The notes: generated by a model not told the origin, from the sequence alone. A stretch of DNA of 64,000 nt from Octopus bimaculoides (GCF_001194135.2 NC_068998.1:18882888-18946887); one strand, 5' to 3'; counted from the first letter of the stretch, positions 1 through 10,562 are shown. Made by a program: numbers and translations.

Positions 1-504
1 TTGGCGGGCTGGCACAGTTTACCGTGGGTTGTATAGGGTTTGCTCGTGGACTTACATTCGAAAGCTGTTCGTTCATTATATTTAGTTCCATGTGGCTAAT
101 TCTTGGAACTGCTCGTAGTCTTGGGACATTGGGTCTGGACAATTCCGTGGCCATGTGTGTGGGGAGCATTTCATACATGGTTATTCTTCTACTTCTTATA
201 GGGCTTTCTCTAGTTGTAAGCAAGACTTGGTTCCTAATCACTTTCCTTTTCGAACTTATCGCATTGGCATTTTTGCTAAATATATTAGCGGTGCCTTCAT
301 ATGAAGCATATGAAATAATCGTGGTGCTTCTATTTACTGCTGTTTGTATTTATGGTTTCTTAGCTTCTGCTTTAAAGGCTGTTTGGGGGCGAGATATACT
401 CCCAATGGGAAACCCAATCATAGAAGTCAGTTACCTCCATTCTCAGGGTCACAAAGCCTTCTGGGCAGATGCCCAAAAACAATCCGGAGTTAAAGCGATT
501 GCGG
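1..504 (+). CDS. Exon (5' truncated by window edge) of a fusion gene; encodes most of a GPR1/FUN34/YaaH (SatP/Ady2) membrane domain plus linker
   Basis: Frame from nt 3 reads GGLAQFTVGCIGFARGLTFESCSFIIFSSMW...IYGFLASALKAVWGRDILPMG. This parallels E. coli SatP as recalled ([31 protein letters not shown]...IYLAMGEVLNEQFGRTVLPIG). Several hydrophobic helices; donor GTAAGG at 505, phase 1. Confidence 0.88.
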
Positions 505-644
505 GTAAGGAACTTATTTAATAAAATTTGTCGATCTTTCCATTCCCACCTTCACAGTTATTCTGATAAGCATAACTAGTAATTGTATAGGTCTGTAGTA
601 ATAGTTTCTGTTAGGATTGGGATGAGATGTCGAAAGTAACGAAG

Positions 645-1334
645 GTTCGAATCACGTCGGAGTCACCAAATGTAACAGGCTATGTTACTATTAAATTGTC
701 GAAGTCGATGAGACAGCGTAATAATAAACATCGAAGAGAAGAATACTGTTTATAGCTTTTATTGGTGCGTTGGGTCAGAAATACAAGGCAAGGCTTTTAG
801 TAGTAGCCAGGGAGTTTATTGGCCTAAAGAGGATGACAACAGCTCGCGTGTCCTTAGATGAATGAGTGTGTGTGTGTTAGGGCAAACTGTTTGCTTGAAA
901 GCGAAGCCGTGCAGCGTGCTAGAGAAGGTCATAGGATGTGAATTTTGTCGTCGAACAAAGAGTATAAGCAGTGTGTTGCCCCTCTTTTTTCCATTTGGCC
1001 GAGATGCTCTTGATATCAAAGAGGCTCAACAAACCTCTCGTTGGGTATATGTATATAGTTTGGCAACTAAAGTAGGTCAATCCTAAAACAAAGGATTAAC
1101 CTTTCCACGACCACAGAAGGTCTCCGAGGTCAAATCATCCGAGAACAGAGAGTCGGAAACGAAAGACCGGAAATCCATCTGACAATGAACAAAAATGTGG
1201 TTTCGGTTTCGAATCTTCACAACCTTTGCAGCTGGTCCCTAAAGGTCTGCTCGATCAGAGCTGACATACGCCTACACCTCCATTACTCAGTGGCTCAGGC
1301 CACGGAGCCGCATAGAACATGGGTAGGCAATACA
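645..1334 (-). mobile_element. LTR retrotransposon remnant: 5' LTR (671-1334) plus tRNA-Trp primer-binding site (645-668), antisense in the first visible intron
   Basis: The minus strand reads TGTATTG...AATAAA...TGTTACA, then TT, then TGGTGACTCCGACGTGATTCGAAC, complementary to the 3' end of eukaryotic tRNA-Trp (..TCACGTCGGGGTCACCA). The 3' LTR end is well supported; the 5' LTR boundary is approximate. Confidence 0.7.
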
Positions 1335-1998
1335 GTTCATCTTTGAAATAGGGAAGGAATGTTTCATAACCGTTTCATTTTTCTGTATTTGTACCTTTTA
1401 CCAGTTCAGCATCCCTATTTCCCAATTCTCCATCCCTACATACGATAAAAAAAAAATCGTCCGGTGTAAATGCAATTTATTGCACAATATTAACAGCTTT
1501 ATATTGATTTAGTATTATTATCCTTAAAATTAATATAAGTAAAATATGCTTAATAAAAAAAAATATTGCAAACAATGGTAAATGAATTTTCAGCCTAATA
1601 ACAATTTTCCCCGCAAAAATCTCTGAATTTTCCCTCCGCAACCTGAAATTTCTTCACGGGGATGAGCAAGGTTAAGATTATAGTTCTGTCTGCGTGGTCA
1701 CTCAAGCTGTTAAAAATAGCAGCCAAATCTTCTCCAAATCACATCCTAGTATTTACATTGCCTATATTGTTCTAGATACACTATCTGAAAAAGAAAGTAA
1801 AACAAACAAAAACAAAAACAAAAAAAACAGTAAAAAAAAAAAATAAACAAAAGATCTGACCTGATCGGGAGCTAAACATCAAAACTAGCATAATTAAACT
1901 GGTGGTTAATAACAATTGGATAAAAAATAAACAAAACAGAATTGTTCTGTGTTGTATCAAATAAATTTAAAACGACATTTCACCACATTTTTTTTCAG

Positions 1999-2087
1999 AA
2001 ATCATGAACCGAGGAGGGATAGTTGGTATTCCAACAGATACTGTTTATGTATTGGCGGCTGCAGTAAAATTCCCTGAATCAGTGGAA
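1999..2087 (+). CDS. Internal exon; N-terminus of YrdC/Sua5 (TsaC-like) domain
   Basis: Acceptor ttttttcag ends 1998; reads (E)IMNRGGIVGIPTDTVYVLAAAVKFPESVE, containing the GGxVxxPTDTVY motif; donor GTAAGT at 2088, phase 0. Confidence 0.92.
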
Positions 2088-2145
2088 GTAAGTTGATTGT
2101 TACATTATATAGATTGTTTGACCATATGCATATAGCAGTAATTAT

Positions 2146-2600
2146 GTAATGTTCGTCCGTCGTTTCGACGGCGATCAAGGGCATCACATGGGAGAAGATG
2201 GATTACGGGGCGTCCGGCCGCAGCCGATCAGGCCGATGTGCGCTCGGAAAGTTCTGCCGCAGGTCGGGCAATGGCGGTCTGCTGGGAATGAAGGCAAGGA
2301 GTTGGCTCTGGACTTGCGCAACTCAAGTTTTTCTGGGTCTCCTGCGAACCAGTTCAGTTCGTAGAAGGTGGCACTTCTGTTGGTGCAGCTACATCAGGCA
2401 GACCGGTCCTGTGCTTGCATTTCCCAGGGATTGATCTGAAAGCACTTCAGTGAGGCTTTGAGTGTATCTTTGAAGCGCTTTTCCTGCTCACTTTGTGTGC
2501 GCTTGCTTTTTGTCAATTCACTGCAAAACAGTTTTTTGGGTAGTTGTGTGTCAGGCATTCGAACAATGTGGCCTGCCCACCTGCGCTCTCCTCAACAATT
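2146..2600 (-). mobile_element. RTE-clade LINE 3' fragment (decayed)
   Basis: Minus-strand translation WAGHIVRMPDTQLPK...KRFKDTLKASLKCF...CPTCGRTFRAHIGLISH, the typical RTE ORF C-terminus, followed by a short 3' UTR. Confidence 0.85.
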
Positions 2601-3366
2601 ATTATTAAATCAGAAACAATTATACACGCATAGCTATTCGAAATACTTGCACCTGTACGTAATAGGGAGATCCTATGCAAAAAGGAGCCTTTAATAGGAA
2701 ATCGTATGGGAATTTGGTTCAAACAAGGTCTTGTTAAGATGAAATTTCTTATAAACTTTTTGTAGCATCTAATGGATTTAGCATTGCCAAGTCCTTCAAA
2801 GACAGTTCTATGGTTTTTCAGAATTTCTTATTCAATGAAAAAGAAAGAAAAAGATTAATAAATATGTATAATCTTTTTTATGTCAAGAGTTTCTTGAGAT
2901 ATAGAATTTATTTCAAGTGTTCTCAAGAGCAAAATGATTGAAAAACAATGCTTCAACATATACGATATTGAAATACCATAAAAGTTCATGAATGTGTTGC
3001 GAAGTATAATACGCGTTTCGTTTTGGGATTTTTTAAAAATCCTTATTATTATTATTATTATTATTACCTAAACTGTCTCAAAAATGTGTATCGTGTATAA
3101 ATGGTAGCATTATACAATTACTACAAAAGTAGATAATCTACTATGATTCAATATATTAGTTTTTTTTTTTTTAACATTTCGTCTTATGACGGCAGCATCC
3201 TTACCGCACCGGACAAAATGCTTAGCGGCAATTCGTCCGTTGTTAATTGATATACATGTATCGTCTATGTTGTTAATAAAAAGAGATCTTGCTTTGAAGA
3301 ATTTTTGACTTCTTTTGCTAGCTATTGAATAATTATATTTTATTTGTCTACCTTTATTGGGTCTAG

Positions 3367-3526
3367 AGAGCATACTCAACTAAGAAACTCGCTGAAGACA
3401 GACCAATGTCTATGTGGATATCCAATGTAAACCAACTGGCCGCTGGACGAGAACAATTCGGTGAGATGTTGTGGGCCTTCATGAATGCCGTATGGCCGTC
3501 TACGATATCCTGTGTAGTAAACAAAG
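3367..3526 (+). CDS. Internal exon; YrdC/Sua5-like domain
   Basis: Acceptor gtctag ends 3366; reads RAYSTKKLAEDRPMSMWISNVNQLAAGREQFGEMLWAFMNAVWPSTISCVVNK(G), equivalent to the YxxKxR...PL and WPGP regions; donor GTTAGT at 3527, phase 1. Confidence 0.88.
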
Positions 3527-3909
3527 GTTAGTTTAATATTTACACATATTTTTCATGCTTATTACTGGCAATAGCGTCATTGACTAGGGGTTTCCAATTA
3601 TATGTTTATGTTGCTGTTTAACCTCATGTCAACTAGACTTGTGTAGATTACAATAAAAAAATTCCATCGTTGACTATCTTGCCTATTTATATATCAAGGA
3701 CTACATTGTCCAATGGGTCTTTTCTGTTTTAAGACATTAAAATAGAATTTGAGTTACTCCGAGTGTTGTTTCTTGTGGATTAAGCGACTTAATAGGAGTT
3801 TACTTGTTGTTTGATATTATTTCGTGACAAAATTGTAAACTTTCTATTAGAATAATAAAAAAGAAAGACAAAACAAATTATCAATATTATTCTTTTATTT
3901 CTTCTCCAG

Positions 3910-4115
3910 GACCATGGTTAGACAGCTTGGGTGTTGGATATGCCGGCAAATACATTGGTAGACCTGACAGCATCGCAGTACGCATGCCCGATAATATGGT
4001 GACGTCATTCTTAATCGATCACACTGGTCCCGTATCAACGTCATCTGCTAACCCTACTGGTGAAGCAGACACTACGCACCATCTGCAGGTTATTGCCAAG
4101 TTGGGCCTGAAAAAT
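3910..4115 (+). CDS. Internal exon; YrdC/Sua5-like domain core
   Basis: Acceptor cttctccag ends 3909; reads GPWLDSLGVGYAGKYIGRPDSIAVRMPDNMVTSFLIDHTGPVSTSSANPTGEADTTHHLQVIAKLGLKN, containing the RxP and SANP motifs; donor GTAAGT at 4116, phase 0. Confidence 0.93.
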
Positions 4116-4489
4116 GTAAGTTGGATGCATCAACTCCCTTAATGGGTTTATTTTCTTAACATTGATCGATCACTCAAGAAATGTTATTGAAAATCTAGTT
4201 GAAAATCTGATTGATATGTCGTTTTATCTTTTGAAGTTCCCCACTCCCTCAGTTTGAAATAGGCAGCTTGTGTGCCTCTATGGATCATTCTGATCATATC
4301 CAGTCTTCAGAGAAATATTAATGTTATTCAGAGATTAGTTGCTGAAGTAGCAAATCCTTTGTGTTGCATTTCGCACCATCTACTTCTTCAAACTCTACCA
4401 ACTTACCTACCTACCCACCCACTCAAAGCAAGCACCCNNNNNNNNNNNNNNNNNNNNNNNNNNNNNNNNNNNNNNNNNNNAATCCATCC

Positions 4490-4567
<78 letters not shown>

Positions 4568-4679
4568 TCATGTCTCAGTTCCTCTAGCTTTCTTTATTGT
4601 GCACTAATATGCTTGGAAGCTATTTTTATGAATATTTTAATGTTGGTTGAATATTTCCAATGATTTTTTTTTTATTCAG

Positions 4680-5870
4680 TGCGATGGAATTTTATGTGAT
4701 GGGCCATCCTTTGCAAACTCTGCTTCAACTGTGGTCGACTGCCGAAAATTTGACGAAGGTAAGATCGGATTTTTCCGTATTGGACTCGAGCCGAAGTCTA
4801 AGGTTGAGGAAATATTTGAGCGAATCCAAGCCCAGTTTAGGAATAAGACAGCATCTCACCGGGCTTCAATGCAAAGTACAAGTGAAACTTTGGACAGTGG
4901 TGTATATGTTCGTAGATCAAATCCTGGTTCGGTTAGCTTAGAAATGGAAGGACATATTAACGATGCTTTTGATGACAGTGATGATGGTGATCACAGTTCA
5001 AAGGATCGGAATGTAGAGAATATTGGAAACGATGCACAAAATCATTTTGAAGATAATTTTAGTAAATCAACAAATATTTTAGAAAAATGGTCTGAACCAA
5101 AACCTGAATCAGAAAACACCAAAACTAACAACAAACCCCAAATAAAAGGTTTAGTTGATAACCTGGATCGTATTTTATCAGATGCAGAAAATCAGAATCC
5201 AAAGCTCGATGACGTAAACCTTCGGGGTTCCCAGATGGCAATAAACATTCCTGAAACTGAGCCTTATGGGAACAATATAGACGAAGGAGAAGGCTCTACA
5301 GAGCCAATCTCGGACGATGACGAACCATTAACGTCACTGAAATCACGTAAACGCCGCCAGCTTCAAAGTCAAATTAACACACACATTCTGAACAGAGGAC
5401 AGCATTTAGGATTAATTGAGAAGACGTTGAACCAAACAAAGAACAAAGAAACAGATGGTTCGGCTGAATTCAAAAACCCGCTCGACACCTTTCGAACGAC
5501 TTTAGAAGTAAATGTAAACCAATATCAAAAATTTACCGTTGATAATACACCAAGTCAGACACAGGCTGGAGACGAACAGAAGGCAGTGACAAGCCAGCTG
5601 CCTGTTGCAGAAGAATCGACAAATAGTAACAAGAAGAAAATTGTACCCATTTTTAATTTTTCCTCTAAGAGTAATAATAACCCGTCTGACTTGGAGCGCG
5701 GAAAAGAAAACACTAACCGGAAAGATGATTTGATCAATGTCGCTGGAAAGACTGATGATACTTACTCACTTACTTTTGTTAACAGTAGTGACAAGGGGGA
5801 ATCAGACAGATTAAATTCATCGTCTCTTCCTGAACGTCCAGTGTTCTTTAAGCAAAGGACTGAGCTGTAG
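4680..5870 (+). CDS. Terminal exon; end of YrdC-like domain plus about 340-aa acidic, probably disordered tail ending RTEL-stop
   Basis: Acceptor tttattcag ends 4679; in frame with ORF 4647-5870; begins CDGILCDGPSFANSASTVVDCRKFDEGKIGFFRIG (STVVD and RxG motifs); TAG at 5868-5870. Confidence 0.92.
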   Translation, partial: CDGILCDGPSFANSASTVVDCRKFDEGKIGFFRIGLEPKSKVEEIFERIQAQFRNKTASHRASMQSTSETLDSGVYVRRSNPGSVSLEMEGHINDAFDDSDDGDHSSKDRNVENIGNDAQNHFEDNFSKSTNILEKWSEPKPESENTKTNNKPQIKGLVDNLDRILSDAENQNPKLDDVNLRGSQMAINIPETEPYGNNIDEGEGSTEPISDDDEPLTSLKSRKRRQLQSQINTHILNRGQHLGLIEKTLNQTKNKETDGSAEFKNPLDTFRTTLEVNVNQYQKFTVDNTPSQTQAGDEQKAVTSQLPVAEESTNSNKKKIVPIFNFSSKSNNNPSDLERGKENTNRKDDLINVAGKTDDTYSLTFVNSSDKGESDRLNSSSLPERPVFFKQRTEL

Positions 5871-6241
5871 TTTCTTATAATTTCCTTCGAAAATAATTTG
5901 TATTAACTTAATGCCAATGACAGGATTATATTTATATATTTGCTTGATAGAAAAATGATAAGATAGAAATGAAAGAACAATTTACGAACTTAGTTTTCTA
6001 AGTGCTTAAGTCATATGAATATCTAAGTGATTTAGGCACTTTTAGCTGTATTGTACGGTCTTCAATTTATGGTCGATGTGTTGCTAAGATACGAAATGTC
6101 AAAAGTTTCATAATTGGAAAAAACGGTAAATATTGTAGTCGGTTAATTTTACTGAATTTATAGCACTGTTAACAAATATTTATTGAAAATTCTGTCTTGT
6201 ATTTAATTTCTTTCTTCAAATTTTTGAAATATAATTATTTG

Positions 6242-6247
6242 AATAAA
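6242..6247 (+). promoter_or_regulatory. Candidate polyadenylation signal of the fusion gene
   Basis: AATAAA about 370 nt after the stop codon in AT-rich sequence; weak evidence because the hexamer is common here. Confidence 0.3.
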
Positions 6248-6551
6248 AACTATATAAAACAAATATGTTATACACTTTCTGTACACTTTAAAAAGTTTAT
6301 GTATTTTATAACTGTTACTTCAAAACTGTATTAAAGGTCGAAAACAGCCAGTCTTATACTGATAAGTTTCATTTCAGGGATATTTATGTCATTTCTTTTT
6401 TGTTTTTGTCTCAGAGCGGAGAGAACAGCGCTCATGGCCCTTTTCAGGGTCTCCGACATTCATGTTATATGAACGTGTCGCTAAATGTTACAGTAAAATA
6501 GTCCTGAATATCTCGTTGCAACATTTGCTTTTGCGTCTGAACAAGATATTA

Positions 6552-6783
6552 AACAGATCTGATATAATGATTTGGGATAGAAAAGAGAAACTGTATACAG
6601 TTGTGGAAATTAGCTGCCCAGCGGATGTTAACATAAACTGAAGATCAGTGAAAAAGAGAATACCTACGCTGAACTATTGAGAAATCTGCAGTTACTCTAT
6701 CCAGATTACAAGTATCTGTAGTCATTGGAGCAGTGGGGTATATAACACACTGCCTAAATACCAATCTTGAGAAATTAGGCTTC
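6552..6783 (+). mobile_element. Restriction-like endonuclease fragment of an R4/Dong-type non-LTR retrotransposon (frameshifted)
   Basis: NRSDIMIWDRKEKLYTVVEISCPADVNI / KISEKENTYAELLRNLQLLYPDY / VVIGAVG matches the PD...E..K RLE layout. Confidence 0.7.
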
Positions 6784-7199
6784 TATAGTTTGACTTTCAA
6801 AAGTCGACACCTTTATGATATTTTACATTGGAAAACCAACAAACGAACAAAAGTTAAGTTCTCTCCCCTTAAGTAGAATTTTCACCCGTTGTCCAATGAT
6901 AATAGTTAATCGTTCATAAACGTCGAGATGCGGTGCAAAGCTGAAGAAAATGGCACCCTCGAACTGCCACGTGTCGAAGTAACACCACTGGCTCATGTAC
7001 TGAAGCAAAGAATTTCAGACGCTTATTTCGTTTCATAAATAATTTTATTTTATGTCGGGATGTTTACACACAAAATGCCGGTATTGTTAAAATGCAGAAA
7101 ATATCTTTGAACAGGGTAGCTTTAGTGTACTGAATGTGCACACACGCAAAATACCGGGCAACAGTTATGGATCAAACATGGCGTATCATGAAAGATAAT

Positions 7200-7420
7200 A
7201 GTCGTAAGCGAAAAGGTAACTGCATTATTGTTATAGTGGAAAAAAAGGTTCACTAATTCATTCAGATGAGTGGCCCGCTTATAATAATTTAAATGCTATA
7301 GGTTATCACCGTCTAACAGTGAACCATCAACCATATTATGTGGATCCAATCACCGGATCATACACTCAAGCCATTGAGTGATCATGGTTGGATGCTAAAA
7401 CTATGATTCTGAAAAAAATG
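7200..7420 (+). mobile_element. Merlin (IS1016/ISXO2-like) DDE transposase remnant
   Basis: From 7256 reads IHSDEWPAYNNLNAIGYHRLTVNHQPYYVDPITGSYTQAIE*SWLDAK, the SDxW...TVNH...VDP.TG.HTQ.IE signature; one in-frame stop. Confidence 0.85.
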
Positions 7421-7490
7421 ATCTCTGAAATATCTGAAGGTTTTTAATCTCTGAAATTTCTGATGTGTTTTATCTCTGGAATATCTGAAA
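7420..7490. repeat. Three imperfect copies of a 25-26 bp unit next to the Merlin remnant
   Basis: atctctgaaatatctgaaggttttta / atctctgaaatttctgatgtgtttt / atctctggaatatctgaa. Confidence 0.7.
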
Positions 7491-7572
7491 GATAAGGTAG
7501 ATAACCCTGTTTGACACCGTTGTAGACCGCATACGATACGAGCACCGAACACTTAAGATATATTTTTCAAAA

Positions 7573-7786
7573 GGCTGCGAGCTTGGCAGAAACGTTAGCA
7601 CGCCGGGCGAAATGCTTAGCGGTATTTCGTCTGTCTTTATGTTCCAAGTTCAAATTCCGCCGAAGCCGACTTTGCCTTTTATCCTTTCGGGGTCGATAAA
7701 TTAAGTACCACTTGCGTACTGAGGTCGATCTCATCGACTGGTCCCCTCCCCCAAAATTTCGGGCCTTGTGCCTAGAGTAGAAAGGA
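7573..7786 (+). mobile_element. tRNA-headed SINE family A, tail type 1
   Basis: Head ggcgagctggcagaaacgttag...gttcaaattcc (A/B-box-like), central gcctttcatcctttcggggtcgataaa block, tail gggccttgtgcctagagtagaaag; many dispersed copies in the window. Confidence 0.85.
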
Positions 7787-7850
7787 GATAAATTTTTTTC
7801 AAAGCATTAAGTATTTCTCTTTATATATATATATATCTATTTATTTATTC

Positions 7851-8043
7851 TTTTCTACTCTAAGCACTAGGCTCGAAATTTTGTGGAAGAGAGCCATCGA
7901 TTAGATCGACCCAGTACGCAACTGGTACCTAATTTATCGACCTCGAAAGGATGAAAGGTAAAGTCGACCTCGGCGGAATTTGAACTCAGAACGTAAAGAC
8001 AGACGAAATACCGCTAAGCATTTCGCCCGGCGTGCTAACGTTT
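7851..8043 (-). mobile_element. SINE family A, tail type 1; inverted relative to 7573-7786, head truncated
   Basis: Reverse complement of the same head, central block and tail. Confidence 0.85.
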
Positions 8044-8275
8044 ATTATTTCTTTATTGGCCACAAGGGGCTAAACATAGAGGGGGCAAACAAGGACAGAC
8101 AAACGGATTAAGTCGATTACATCGACCCCAGAGCGTATCTGGTACTTAATTTATCGACCTGAAGGGATGAAAGGCAAAGTCGACCTCGGCGGAATTTGAA
8201 CTCAGAACGTAACGGCAGACGAAATACCGATAAGCATTTCGCCCGGCGTGCTAACCACTCTGCCAGCTCGTAGCC
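8044..8275 (-). mobile_element. SINE family A, tail type 2
   Basis: Same head and centre; different tail (ttaatcc...tttagcccc..gtgg.caataaagaaataa). Confidence 0.85.
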
Positions 8276-9099
8276 TTTACTTATCTATTTGTTGTTTTCG
8301 TTCAACGTAAATTATTTAAACATTTAACGCATGTTTATGTAAGGGAGCTTACTCTAATTGATTACAAATATTTATAGACGAGTATTTTCCCTTTGAAACA
8401 AATCTTCCTTTCATTTTTCAACAGAACTATGAACAAAGACATTTCAAACATAATTTCATTCAACTTTTTTTTCTTATTTTTTTTGCCTTTCAGAAACAGT
8501 GTTTCTAGGACTACAATATCCAACGTGTTCTCTATATTTTTTTAAGACTGTAGGGTGTAATTTGAGAGCGATTTGTATCTGATTCCTAAATTATTGTAGT
8601 ACGGTTAGCGTGAGCAGGAAGTAAAACAGAGCCCATTGCTTCTGAACGCTCCCTGAAAATGATGAGATCAATTTATTGATAGCCATACTTAATATCTAAG
8701 GGTTATTATTTGTAGGGAAAAGACATTAAATGGATGGAGGGGTTCCGAGATCTGATTATTGTCGTTTAGCCCCAAATCTACACTTATCAAGTAGATTAAT
8801 GATCCTCAGGTGGTGGGATGTATTCTCTAAGACTGCATTGCATAAAACGTCTTTCCTATTTTGATACAGTTGTTTGCAAAATGTTTCGGTAGCTTTGTTT
8901 TCTTTTTCTTTTTTAGCAAGTCAAGTGCCTACATGCATGCAGTCGCTTTGGCTCGGTTTTTAACAGGTTGATATGTTAGGTTAACAACCCAGGTGGACTT
9001 ATGCCCCGCAGTTTCTGATTATAAATAAGGTTCTGTTTCTTCATATAGTCTTTTTACTGGTTTACAGTATTTGGACTGCAGTTATGCTGGAGCACAGGC

Positions 9100-9283
9100 T
9101 ATAGTCCACCATTTCGATCCCTGCTTATATGAGAAAGTCATCGACCACAGTACTTCACAAGTAGATTCCAAAAAGGATGAAAAGCAAAGTCGACCCCGGC
9201 GGCATTTGAACTCAGATCACAAGACGGACGAAACATCGCTAAGCATTTTGTCTAGCGTGTTAACGATTCTGCCAGTTCGCCGC
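9100..9283 (-). mobile_element. Degenerate SINE family A
   Basis: gcaaagtcgaccccggcggcatttgaactcag...ctgccagttcgccgc. Confidence 0.7.
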
Positions 9284-9917
9284 ATTACAACATGAGCAAT
9301 ACTAAATGAGTTTTAATCTTGGTACGTGACTTTTGACCCACCCTGTAATATATATATATATANNNNNNNNNNNNNNNNNNNNNNNNNNNNNNNNNNNNNN
9401 NNNNNNNNNNNNNNNNNNNNNNNNNNNNNNNNNNNNNNNNNNNNNNNNNNNNNNNNNNNNNNNNNNNNNNNNNNNNNNNNNNNNNNNNNNNNNNNNNNNN
9501 NNNNNNNNNNNNNNNNNNNNNNNNNNNNNNNNNNNNNNNNNNNNNNNNNNNNNNNNNNNNNNNNNNNNNNNNNNNNNNNNNNNNNNNNNNNNNNNNNNNN
9601 NNNNNNNNNNNTATATATATATATATATATTATCTTACAGATAAAAAAAATACTCTCGCTTATCCTGCCATTTGCATCACTAGGAATGTTTGTGCAAGGA
9701 AATCTTGATACAAAAGACTATTGAAAAACTATCAACGGCTCATTGAACTATAAATAGATAAAATACAAAAAACAAACAAACAAAAACAAAAAGGAAATAC
9801 TCAGAAAAGGTCAAGGTCACAGACGACACCTTAGTGGTTCCCTTGTGGGACGCCTCCGATCTGTTGCCGACTCCTAGTTTAAGCGAATCAATATATTAGG
9901 ATTATGCCCCATTCAGG

Positions 9918-10085
9918 GGTACCGCCTTAAAGGGTTTTAGTCGGACAAATCGATCCAAGCACGAATTTCTTTAAAGACTGGCACTTATTATATCAGTCTC
10001 TATTGCCGAACTGTTACGTTCCGGAACATAAACAAACCAACACCTGTTAAAGTGGTAGTATGTGGACAAACACAGACATAAAGGC
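9918..10085 (-). mobile_element. SINE family B, degenerate 3' half
   Basis: Similar to the reverse complement of the gtaacttagcggttcggcaaaagagaccgatagaataagtact block. Confidence 0.6.
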
Positions 10086-10280
10086 TCATATATCTAACAA
10101 ACACACACACATACATATCAGACAAACACACACGCATGCTCATATATCGGACAAGCACAGACATAAAACACACACATACACGCGCGCGCACACGCATGCA
10201 CATATACTACCACTTGGCAACAGGTATTGATTTGTTGTTGTTGTTGTTGTTGTTGTTGTGTGTGTGTGTGTGTGTGTGTG

Positions 10281-10562
<282 letters not shown>

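Noticed and set aside
24-521. ORF track start at 24 and stop at 521 as a stand-alone gene; likewise the start at 4647
   Set aside because: The frame is open to the window edge and a strong donor at 505 splices in phase to the next exon; 4647-4679 is intron sequence ending in a polypyrimidine tract and AG.
645-668. tRNA-Trp gene
   Set aside because: Only the 3' 24 nt including CCA are present, adjacent to an LTR end; better explained as a primer-binding site.
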